Below, piece after piece: positions 19,246 through 27,719 of a stretch of 64,000 bases of DNA. The notes under the pieces are model-generated. The model worked only from the letters and a program-made list of their open reading frames with translations. It ran no database searches and was not told the origin of the DNA. The position numbers were made by a program, and so were the translations under genes. The stretch lies in IMG/VR virus record IMGVR_UViG_3300028920_000061, positions 1-64,000 of that record, one strand, 5' to 3'. The stretch comes from a virus. Within the stretch, counting starts at the first letter, position 1. The number at the start of each line of letters is the position of its first letter.

Positions 19246-20370
19246 GTGCAAATACGATTTTCTCGTGGTACTGGTGTCACTATTGACACTGTTCCGACTC
19301 AACTTCTTACATGGGCACAGCGATGGTGGGTTGCGGATGATGGCGATTTCTGTCTTCGGTCAGCAATGCCTACAGAGCCTATCAGTAAAACTTTGACAGA
19401 AAATGGGTTCAACAATTTCTATTATGATGATATCACTAATGTGGTAGCCATCGGTCAAAACATCACTGAAGAACATGTCAATACAGCAAGAGCGGTTGCT
19501 GAGGGCGGTGAAGCCGCGCCGGCTACCCCAAGACCCGTCGCTGCTTTAGAAACTGATATGGGTGAAGTTGAGCCCCTCCAAAGAGAAGAGGAGCCAGTAG
19601 AAGGCGTTGATTACGAAATTGAACCGGAAGAAGAAGATGACCCCGATGGTGAGGATGAAGACGATCTCGAACGTCCATTCACTCCACATCTTGATCCGGT
19701 TGTTGACATCAATAACGATGAAATTCTCAAACGCCTTCCACCAATGCTTCGTATGGAAGAAGCAAGCGCAATCAAACTGTATTGTGACAAGCTTCGTGAA
19801 TACGAACGTGTCTGGAGTCAGGCGATCACAATGAAGAGAATAATTAACGAGATGATGACCAAAATCGATGAAAACGTCCTTCTGAAAACGGTACGTGACG
19901 ATATCTCGTATCTTCAGGAAAAATGCGATGATGTTGAATCAGTACGGTTTGGAACCGGTGTCAGAGAGTATAATCTGGTTATCACAACCAAAGAAATCAT
20001 TACAGACGACCAGGAAAAGTACGGTCGGCGCAGGCTTGGTGCAATGAGGATCACAATTGATTTGAGATACCTGTATGCTCAAACACCTCCTGGATCGAAC
20101 TATACCAAAGCGATTGAAATACAAAATCTCGACCGGCACCCAAGATTTGGTGGTACTTATTGGGATTGTGGCCATGTGCATCATGAAGATGAAGGTTCTA
20201 CAATGAGCGCCTGCTTCGGTGGATATTACCAACACATATTCGAAGCGTTCGTATCACGGAACCTTCCGATGCTGTTCGATACAATCATACGTTTTATCAA
20301 GCGTCCATACGAAATGGATGAATGGGGTTGTAAGGTACGCCTCTTTCCGGAGGTAACCAGTGAATCCTGA
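19246..20370 (+). CDS. Second E2/UBC-like protein (acidic linker, coiled coil)
   Basis: C-terminal pattern parallels the upstream gene (G...I.I, I.I.N, CGHV...ACFG, II.FI, D.WG); RBS AGGAGG. Confidence 0.55.
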   Translation: MQIRFSRGTGVTIDTVPTQLLTWAQRWWVADDGDFCLRSAMPTEPISKTLTENGFNNFYYDDITNVVAIGQNITEEHVNTARAVAEGGEAAPATPRPVAALETDMGEVEPLQREEEPVEGVDYEIEPEEEDDPDGEDEDDLERPFTPHLDPVVDINNDEILKRLPPMLRMEEASAIKLYCDKLREYERVWSQAITMKRIINEMMTKIDENVLLKTVRDDISYLQEKCDDVESVRFGTGVREYNLVITTKEIITDDQEKYGRRRLGAMRITIDLRYLYAQTPPGSNYTKAIEIQNLDRHPRFGGTYWDCGHVHHEDEGSTMSACFGGYYQHIFEAFVSRNLPMLFDTIIRFIKRPYEMDEWGCKVRLFPEVTSES

Positions 20371-21337
20371 TTCAAGAAAATGCTCATGGTCGTTTCTTTC
20401 CGAAAGGACGGAAACGGCCCCTAATATTCAATTTACACCAAAGGCCTTGAAATGGATCAAGGCGATGGTTGAAGAACATAGTGAAGAAGTTGGCTTTCTT
20501 GGTATTGTTAGAGAGGTTGATTCTTCATATGTCATTGATGAAATATTCTATCCGAAACATTGCCTTGCTACTTCATCAACATGTGAAATAGCGCCCGAAG
20601 GTGAAGTAGAATTGGCGCAATATCTGATTGATAATAACAGGGTAGAAGATGTTGCTCGAGTCAGATTTTGGGGTCATTCTCATCATACGATGGGAACAAC
20701 GCCGTCTGGCCAGGATGACGATCAGGCATTACAAAAAATGAATAATAACGGTGCGTATTTCGTTCGCGCCATATGCAACAAAAAAGGCGAAATGTCAGTT
20801 TCATTCTTTGATCATGAACGACAACTCAAATTTGAGAATGTCAAATGGTCGATATGTGAAAACTACGACGAAATTCTCGCCAATGTTATTTGCGCCACAA
20901 ATATGGAATCAAATAGTAAGGGGAAAGTTCAAGCCATACGTGCTGCTATCTCTGCACAAATTGATTACAAAGATGACGAATACAAAAAGATTACCGAAAA
21001 AGTGAAAGAGCTCAAAAAGAAAAATCTCCCGGCATCCGAAACAAGGGGGTTGGCTCGGCAACCATACCAGAGAGGGGTTATACATAGCCCCGGACATTAT
21101 CCAAACGACATCCTTCCCGGGTTCCAGCAAGATATGTTCGATGATGATTGGCCCCCGTATGGTCCTGAATTCTATCGGAACAACGCTGGGCAGATGCCTT
21201 ATCAACGCCGGCAAAGTAATTTTCCAAAAGTGAATGGTGCAAGAAAAAACAAAAGAAAAAAAAATCGAAACGGGGCTCTTTTGTCCGATAAGGAAATAGA
21301 TTCGGTTGTTTCAGAGGCATGGGAGGGTGGATTATGA
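20360..21337 (+). CDS. JAB/JAMM (MPN+) metalloprotease
   Basis: Catalytic E in EEVGFLG and WGHSHHTMGTTPSGQD (HxH-x7-S-x2-D). Confidence 0.88.
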   Translation: MNPDSRKCSWSFLSERTETAPNIQFTPKALKWIKAMVEEHSEEVGFLGIVREVDSSYVIDEIFYPKHCLATSSTCEIAPEGEVELAQYLIDNNRVEDVARVRFWGHSHHTMGTTPSGQDDDQALQKMNNNGAYFVRAICNKKGEMSVSFFDHERQLKFENVKWSICENYDEILANVICATNMESNSKGKVQAIRAAISAQIDYKDDEYKKITEKVKELKKKNLPASETRGLARQPYQRGVIHSPGHYPNDILPGFQQDMFDDDWPPYGPEFYRNNAGQMPYQRRQSNFPKVNGARKNKRKKNRNGALLSDKEIDSVVSEAWEGGL

Positions 21338-22092
21338 TCGACTATCTCAGGCAGCTTGATCTGCTAGACCCGAAACAGATCGGCAATCGTTCTGTCAGCC
21401 TGATTGGGGCAGGAGCTACGGGTTCGCACATTGCATGGTATCTCGCTCAGCTCGGGTGGGGTGCTTCAAATCAAGGTCAAGGCATTCTCAAGGTATTTGA
21501 TGACGACACAATTGAAGGTCACAATCTGGCTAACCAGATATACTGGCCGGAGCATGTCGGCAAGCTGAAAGTCGAAGCTCTCAAAGATATGATAATCAAG
21601 AAGTTTGGGTTTGAAATAGAAACCCATCCTGAAAAGGTTACTGACCAGAGAAACGACGTTGCAGCAAAATATGTATTTCTTCTTACGGACACCATGAGCA
21701 GCCGTGAAGAAATATTTGAGAAATGTCTTCATTTCCAATTCGCAACAGACTTGGTGATTGAAACCCGGATGGGTTTGCGAGACGGTCGGGTCTACGCATT
21801 CAATCCGAACGATCCTAACCATATTGAGGAATGGAAAAAAACGCTCTATAAGGATGAGGAGGCGTCTGCGTCACTCTGTGGTGCAAGCGCATCCATTATA
21901 TCCACTGTAACTTTCCTGTCATCGCTTGCGGTCTGCCGGCTTGTGCAGCATTTCAATTGCAACTATGGGAGCGACACTCTCCGTGAGGAGGGTAAACCAA
22001 TGAGGATGTGGAACGAAGTCCACTTCTCCCTGTACCCCGAAGCAATGATGTTGCGCCAATTCGGTGAGGCTAAAGAGCCAATAATTTTCTGA
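21334..22092 (+). CDS. ThiF/MoeB/E1-family adenylyltransferase
   Basis: YLRQ, IGAGATGS, FDDDTIEGHNLANQ, GKLKVEA, candidate catalytic Cys in SLCG; ATGA coupling to the JAB gene. Confidence 0.9.
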   Translation: MIDYLRQLDLLDPKQIGNRSVSLIGAGATGSHIAWYLAQLGWGASNQGQGILKVFDDDTIEGHNLANQIYWPEHVGKLKVEALKDMIIKKFGFEIETHPEKVTDQRNDVAAKYVFLLTDTMSSREEIFEKCLHFQFATDLVIETRMGLRDGRVYAFNPNDPNHIEEWKKTLYKDEEASASLCGASASIISTVTFLSSLAVCRLVQHFNCNYGSDTLREEGKPMRMWNEVHFSLYPEAMMLRQFGEAKEPIIF

Positions 22093-22108
22093 CGGAAGGT
22101 TTTATCAG

Positions 22109-22576
22109 ATGGTTATCGTTCAGCTCGTTAAGGTCGGATCTGAGGTCCGTTCTTTCGACATTTCAGACAATCCCACTCTCGGCAACCTGCTTCGCATAGC
22201 TGATGAGTCTTTCACTCCCAATACCATTACTATCAATGCCCAGAACGTTGTCAGTGAAAACACCACCCTCCGTGATGGAGACCGTGTTTTTATTGGTAAC
22301 AAGGTCAAGGGAAATACTCCCTATATTGTTGAGTTTATCCGACTCGGGCAGGCTGAGGTCGTTCGCATATCCACTGAGGGTAGTGCAACCATTGGTGACT
22401 GCATCAATATGATGAGTGACACCAATCGGAACTATTTTATTGGTGGTGATGGAAACGATGTTTTTCAATACCAAATAAGCGGCGTTACCAAACAGTCCAG
22501 TGATATTGTTCCTTTGCCATCCCAGGAGGGCGGAACAGTTCGTGTTATCTGCGCGACGAAGGTAAAAGGCAATTAA
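22109..22576 (+). CDS. Tandem di-ubiquitin-like (beta-grasp) protein
   Basis: Two roughly 70-85-aa units each ending KVKGN; unit 1 has TLGNLL and TLRDGDRVFI, typical of ThiS/MoaD/Ub-like folds. Confidence 0.8.
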   Translation: MVIVQLVKVGSEVRSFDISDNPTLGNLLRIADESFTPNTITINAQNVVSENTTLRDGDRVFIGNKVKGNTPYIVEFIRLGQAEVVRISTEGSATIGDCINMMSDTNRNYFIGGDGNDVFQYQISGVTKQSSDIVPLPSQEGGTVRVICATKVKGN

Positions 22577-22600
22577 GTCGCCACTTTAATAAGCAGATTA

Positions 22601-22628
22601 ACCGGCGATGAGAAATCATCGCCGGTTC
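22601..22628 (+). terminator. Hairpin closing the Ubl operon
   Basis: ACCGGCGATGA-GAAA-TCATCGCCGGT perfect stem; weak T-tail. Confidence 0.5.
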
Positions 22629-22807
22629 TATACTGCAGAAAGGAGTAGGCATGTTTCTAACTTTAACCCATCCTCGGAGGTATTGTGTTTCATCGAATTT
22701 TCCAAAGCGCAAAAGGGGAAAACAACAACCCTACTAGATTGGTGAAACTTGCTACAATTATAAAATCATTTGTGGGCCGCGGCCCCGCAAGGGGTCGCCC
22801 ATTTTAG

Positions 22808-22845
22808 CCGTTAGTTAAATAAAAAATATGGTATAATAATAATAG
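22808..22845 (+). promoter_or_regulatory. Conserved phage promoter-like motif, copy 1
   Basis: CCGTTAG-N14-TGGTATAATAATAATAG; repeated at about 35369 and 35833. Confidence 0.65.
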
Positions 22846-22868
22846 AAAACTTTAACAAAGGAGAAGTT

Positions 22869-23690
22869 ATGAAACGCCTTTTTATTATTCTTATGCTTGC
22901 TGCTACTGCATTTTCTTATGATTCAACATGGGCTCATGCCAAATTTGAATTATCCGCCGCAGTACCAGAATGGTTTTTTCGTCAACATGATACGCTGGTA
23001 ACATGGAATTACCCTGTTCATGAGTTTGATTCAGTATGGTACGTCAAAAAACATGTTAACAGCATATCATCATGTTTTGTATCAGATACTTATACACAAA
23101 TTACCATTAATATTTGTGATAGTATGGAATTTTCTCAGCGACTTTTTGATGAATCAATTAGTTATGATGAAGATGATTACGGTTTTCATTACAGATCAAT
23201 GGTCAAGTTATACTTTTTAAGAACCGATTTTCAAATGGATAAAGTTTGGTATTGGTTCAGAACAGTTCGTAAACCTCTCGAAAGTTCTCGAACAGATACT
23301 ATCCCATGGTATAATTATGGATGGAGTTGGGACAATAATATCTATGTTCAAGGATTGCGAATTGTTAATAACGACGACGATACGTTGTTATATAGAGTTC
23401 CAATAGGATGTAGAATTTGTGACCACCTTCTTGTCAAAGGCTTTGTAATGAATATTGATAGCGTTGGCGATCTCGTTTTTGTATATAATCGGTATAATGA
23501 TTTTCAAAAATTTGACGGCTGGGAAAATCGTCTTACCATTTTACCAAAAAGGGAAGATATAGTTTCCACCAGCATGCCACAGACGCTTGCACCGTATCGT
23601 TTTCAAAATATTTTTCATGAATTTGACGCTTTAGGTAGATTAGTTAGAGAAAAGCGTCAATGGCAAATCGTTTTTAAAAAGGCGCATTGA
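22869..23690 (+). CDS. Secreted protein with signal peptide
   Basis: MKRLFIILMLAATAFS signal peptide; C-terminal FDALGRLV resembles FCB-group sorting tails. Confidence 0.65.
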   Translation: MKRLFIILMLAATAFSYDSTWAHAKFELSAAVPEWFFRQHDTLVTWNYPVHEFDSVWYVKKHVNSISSCFVSDTYTQITINICDSMEFSQRLFDESISYDEDDYGFHYRSMVKLYFLRTDFQMDKVWYWFRTVRKPLESSRTDTIPWYNYGWSWDNNIYVQGLRIVNNDDDTLLYRVPIGCRICDHLLVKGFVMNIDSVGDLVFVYNRYNDFQKFDGWENRLTILPKREDIVSTSMPQTLAPYRFQNIFHEFDALGRLVREKRQWQIVFKKAH

Positions 23691-23754
23691 TATGCGCCTT
23701 TTTTAGTTATTTGTCAATAGATTGTGGTATAGAAATTATGAAAGGAGATTAGCT

Positions 23755-24030
23755 ATGCCAACAGCGTATATTATTTGTGATAACGATTCGGCACTTCATG
23801 TTGTTATGGGTAATGACAAGGATAAGGCCGCCGACGATCATTATGCTGAACAAGTCAAGAAGAAAATAGCTGACCACGAACGGGAGCAATGCAAGAAGCA
23901 TTATGGCAATAGTGGTTGGGAAGAGGTATTCAAACGACATTTTTTTCATATTAACAGGGTTACTGCAGAGGAAGCGCCTAATGAACAAGACTCTCATCAT
24001 CAACATAAGCATGAGAATACGATTGGATGA
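23755..24030 (+). CDS. Hypothetical protein
   Basis: RBS AAGGAG before MPTAY. Confidence 0.55.
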   Translation: MPTAYIICDNDSALHVVMGNDKDKAADDHYAEQVKKKIADHEREQCKKHYGNSGWEEVFKRHFFHINRVTAEEAPNEQDSHHQHKHENTIG

Positions 24031-24161
24031 AGATGTGCAAATCCATGAAGTACTCCAAAACGCCGCCATCAGCTTTCAAGATACTACTGGGAAAGCAGAT
24101 ATCGACGAAGCACATATTTTAGATTATTCAGAAGTAGAACACTAGAGTGTATTCAAACTAT

Positions 24162-24565
24162 GGGCCCGCACTTGGGTTTCGATGTGGGTACTGAATCATA
24201 TGTAGCATGCCGAGGACGACGGTTGGCCTCGTTAATCATCCGTCAAAACAACAACTGCCAAAAACGACGGTTGTGCAATGGGCGCTGAGTTCGCAATCCA
24301 GTTCGCTGAGATTTGCAACCTGGCGACCGCACCAGCGCTGGTCTAAAGACCGGCAAACATCACTGATTGACGCCGATATGGCAGTGGTGTAAAACATCGG
24401 CTGGACGGAGAGAGGGTCGAACTCTCTGTTGAGATAAGACTAGAGTTCCAGTATAGCTGCCGTGTTCAGTAGACGGAACTGACAATAGAAATGGACCGGA
24501 TAAGCATGTAGAAGCGTGTGTGGATGTATTTACAGACATCGGTTCGATTCCGATCGGGTCCACCA
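24162..24565 (+). ncRNA. ssrA: tmRNA (transfer-messenger RNA)
   Basis: 5' GGGCCCG pairs with 3' CGGGTCC-ACCA (G3-U70 Ala identity); T-arm ATCGG-TTCGATT-CCGAT; GCATG helix and pk1-like CGAGG/CCTCG; tag frame 24257-24346. Confidence 0.92.
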
Positions 24566-24569
24566 ACTC

Positions 24570-24598
24570 AAAGGCTGTCTTCGGACAGCCTTTTTTTT
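24570..24598 (+). terminator. Rho-independent terminator after tmRNA
   Basis: AAAGGCTGTC-TTCG-GACAGCCTTT followed by T-run. Confidence 0.85.
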
Positions 24599-24610
24599 GA
24601 AAGGAGTATT

Positions 24611-25030
24611 ATGCCACCATGCTCAACATGTAACGGCGCATGCTGTTACCTATTTATGTTACGATGGTCGAAAAGGGATCTTCTGTTAAGACTGTCCGGA
24701 AAAGGTATGTTTCGAAATCTTAAAGTTTCAACTTTTGAAATAATCAAACAGCTAACCTTTCTTCGCGATGCAACCAGTCAATTTGAAAAGAATCGGGATC
24801 CATCGGTAAGATTTTTCACCTGTCTCGCCTTCTCTAATAACAGATGTTCTATTTATAAATACAGAATGGCCTTTTGTGAACCATACGATTGCAAAGGAAC
24901 CAAACAAATAGCTCATACTATGTCACTTGATGGAAAACCGCCGCTCCCAATAATGAATCAGGAGGTGGATATTGACAGACAAACAGATTATAGCCTGCAA
25001 GTTGCCCGGCGACCTGTTCTCATCTCCTGA
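24611..25030 (+). CDS. YkgJ/CxxCxxCC cysteine-cluster protein
   Basis: CSTCNGACC...C.AF...RCSIYKYR..FC..Y. Confidence 0.75.
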   Translation: MPPCSTCNGACCYLFMLRWSKRDLLLRLSGKGMFRNLKVSTFEIIKQLTFLRDATSQFEKNRDPSVRFFTCLAFSNNRCSIYKYRMAFCEPYDCKGTKQIAHTMSLDGKPPLPIMNQEVDIDRQTDYSLQVARRPVLIS

Positions 25031-25976
25031 AAACATGGAGAAGGAATTCACCGAGCTTGCCCAGCGTTGGCATCCGGACAAGATGGGCGGCAACAGCATT
25101 GTTATGGCTCATGTGAATTCTCTTCATGCGCAGGGGAGGGAGATGGTTGCATCCGGCAATTGGAAATCATCCAATAAACGATTTTTCACCCTCTCTAATG
25201 GCAGAACTGTTCGTATAAGCTTTCTGTCTGAAAATGATTTTGAACTCGGCAAATGGTACCTCTGCGAATCGGTTTGTGTCTATGCTTTCAATACTGGCTC
25301 TGCAATAAATTTCAAACTTCCGAAATTCAGATTTCGCAATACCAGTATGACAGATGAATTTACCGCATATTTGCCAAGAATTATCGACCAGTATGAAGTA
25401 AACAACGGGAAAAAGCTCATTGTCATTAATCGTGAGAAAGACCTTGTTCTTCTACGCGATTTGTTGGCATGGTTTGGAAATGCAGTACCGCCAAAGCATG
25501 TAGCGTGGATTCTCAGCTCCCTTTACAACCTTTGTGCTTTCTTCAAATATAATGGAATTGTTCACCATTCCATTAATCTGAATACATATTTTATTTCCCC
25601 AGCAAAACATAAAGGGGTCTTGCTTGGCGGGTGGTGGTATCACAAAGGGTTCGACCGTCGAATGAAAGTAGTACCAAAATCAACATACGACGTGATGACT
25701 CTAGACACGAAAAAGTCCAAAAAAGCCACGCCCATTACCGATCTCGAATGTGTAAAACTTATAGGTCGTCAGCTTCTTGGAAGTGCCAGTGGGAGCACGC
25801 TATATTCCAATCCTGATATACCGAAGCCAATGATACAATTCCTGAGAACCATCTCGTCTGAGAATGCCTACAAGGAATATGAGGCCTGGACGAATGTTCT
25901 ACAAGAAAGTTTCGGCCCAAAAAAATTCATTGAGATGGATTGCAACGCGGACGAAATTTACAAGAAGCCATCCTAA
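24972..25976 (+). CDS. J-domain-like N-terminus fused to degenerate protein-kinase-like domain
   Basis: LAQRWHPDK (HPD); kinase C-lobe pattern HVAWIL...NGIVHHSI...LLGGWWY with HRD and DFG replaced. Confidence 0.65.
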   Translation: MTDKQIIACKLPGDLFSSPENMEKEFTELAQRWHPDKMGGNSIVMAHVNSLHAQGREMVASGNWKSSNKRFFTLSNGRTVRISFLSENDFELGKWYLCESVCVYAFNTGSAINFKLPKFRFRNTSMTDEFTAYLPRIIDQYEVNNGKKLIVINREKDLVLLRDLLAWFGNAVPPKHVAWILSSLYNLCAFFKYNGIVHHSINLNTYFISPAKHKGVLLGGWWYHKGFDRRMKVVPKSTYDVMTLDTKKSKKATPITDLECVKLIGRQLLGSASGSTLYSNPDIPKPMIQFLRTISSENAYKEYEAWTNVLQESFGPKKFIEMDCNADEIYKKPS

Positions 25977-26016
25977 CAGGTGGATAATCAATAACTTATA
26001 ACAAAAGGAGTGTTTC

Positions 26017-26271
26017 ATGGGTGAAGCACCAAAGGGCTTCGAGCCCGAAACTGCCGTTGAAAAAACTGCGGACACCACCACAGAAGAAGCCCAGGCGGCC
26101 CCAGAATCCACTGGAGGGCAGCGGTCTGAAGAAGCTGCCGAAGAGGTTGCGTCGGAAGAGGCACCTGCAGAAGGCGGCTCAGAGGGCGCCGCAGAGCCTA
26201 CAGCAGAAGATCCTGACGATGAACCCTCTTCCGAGGTGCCTGAAGAGGACGAAAAAGCAGATTCCGAATAA
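26017..26271 (+). CDS. Small, very acidic disordered protein
   Basis: RBS AAGGAG; E/A/D-rich. Confidence 0.6.
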   Translation: MGEAPKGFEPETAVEKTADTTTEEAQAAPESTGGQRSEEAAEEVASEEAPAEGGSEGAAEPTAEDPDDEPSSEVPEEDEKADSE

Positions 26272-26360
26272 AAATCCAAGTAACTCCTTGATTCCAAGGC
26301 GGTTATTGTATCGGGAGACCCGAATGGGTCTCCCTTCACCATTTCAGAGAGGAATTCCAC

Positions 26361-27287
26361 ATGGGAAGTGGAAGAATGACAGCCGATGACTGGGGGGCAT
26401 ACTCGACCACCCATTTCGTAGATCGTACAGTAGACAAGATCTACACCTCATCAACCATCGATTCCCGGTTCGATCCCAAGAAAATCACCATGAGAGAGTC
26501 GTGCGACTCTGATGACAATCCCGAATCAACAGCTGCTATCATCGCCCTGGATGTCACCGGTTCGATGTCTTATGTTCTGGAGGCAACTGCAAAGAACCTT
26601 GGCGTCCTGGTTCAGGAAGTCTACGACCGGAAACCCATCACCGACCCCCACATGATGTTCATGGGAATCGGAGATGCGGAGATGAGAGACGAATATCCAC
26701 TTCAGGTGACTCAGTTCGAAGCCGACATCCGGATTGCCGAACAACTCAAAAACATCTATTTCGAACGTCATGGCGGCGGCAACTCTTATGAGTCATATGC
26801 GCTGGCGTGGTATTTCGCGGCTCTGAGGACCAAAATTGACTGCTTCGAGAAGAGGGGCAAGAAAGGCACCCTGTTCACCATCGGTGATGAGGGTCCCACG
26901 CCATACCTGAAAGCAGACGACATCGAGTACACTCTCGGGGAACGTCCTCAGAAGGACTTCACCGACAAAGAGCTGCTCGAAATGGTCTCACGGCAGTACG
27001 ACGTGTTCCATCTCATCGTTGAAGAAGGCGACTTCGCCAGCCGGCACGGCGGGGAAGTGATCAAGAAGTGGACGGAGCTTCTTGGCCAGAGAGCTATCCC
27101 GATATCCGACTGTACCAAAGTTGCCGAAGTGATCGTGTCCGTTCTTCAAGCCAATGCGGGTGAAGACAAGGATAAAATCATTTCCAGTTGGGATGGCGAC
27201 ACATCAGTCGTTGTTTCAAAAGCAATCAACGGTCTCACTAAATCCGATGGGGTGGCCTCCTCATCGGATGGCGTTGTGGAACTATAG
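26361..27287 (+). CDS. vWA-domain protein
   Basis: MIDAS-like DVTGSM, GIGD, GGGNSYESY, TIGDE. Confidence 0.8.
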   Translation: MGSGRMTADDWGAYSTTHFVDRTVDKIYTSSTIDSRFDPKKITMRESCDSDDNPESTAAIIALDVTGSMSYVLEATAKNLGVLVQEVYDRKPITDPHMMFMGIGDAEMRDEYPLQVTQFEADIRIAEQLKNIYFERHGGGNSYESYALAWYFAALRTKIDCFEKRGKKGTLFTIGDEGPTPYLKADDIEYTLGERPQKDFTDKELLEMVSRQYDVFHLIVEEGDFASRHGGEVIKKWTELLGQRAIPISDCTKVAEVIVSVLQANAGEDKDKIISSWDGDTSVVVSKAINGLTKSDGVASSSDGVVEL

Positions 27288-27359
27288 TTTCACTTCGCCC
27301 GACTGCGCCCAGGTTTCGTTAGGGTTTCCTGGGCGCTTTTTTTCTGGAGGATTTGTTAT

Positions 27360-27698
27360 ATGACTTACCCACATCCAGGAGTCGATGCCTGGGAAAGCTA
27401 CAAAGAGGAAAATCCCATGGAACTGAAAGTTCTTTTCTTCTGGGCCCCATGGTGCGCCCCATGCAAACTTATGAGTCCAGGATTTGATGATGCCTCAAAA
27501 GCAAATCCGAATATAAAATTCGAAAAAATAAATGTTGATCAGGATGACGCAACTCCAAACAGATATGGGGTATATGTTATCCCGTCAATATGTTTTTGCA
27601 TCAATGGGCTTCTCTATCATACTCATATCGGTATAATGACAGAATCTTCAATAAATGATGAAATTATGAAAATGAAAAAAGAAATCGAAAGTGGATAG
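27360..27698 (+). CDS. Thioredoxin-family protein
   Basis: FWAPWCAPCK, KINVD, YGV..IP. Confidence 0.88.
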   Translation: MTYPHPGVDAWESYKEENPMELKVLFFWAPWCAPCKLMSPGFDDASKANPNIKFEKINVDQDDATPNRYGVYVIPSICFCINGLLYHTHIGIMTESSINDEIMKMKKEIESG

Positions 27699-27719
27699 AT
27701 TATTTGAAAGGAAGAATTT

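Noticed and set aside
21334-22576. ThiF/ThiS or MoeB/MoaD sulfur relay
   Set aside because: No thi, moa or cys partner genes; the JAB and E2-like neighbours and the tandem Ubl favour conjugation, though this is not formally excluded
24207-24566. Short ORFs over the tmRNA
   Set aside because: Explained by the RNA gene; only the tag frame is meaningful
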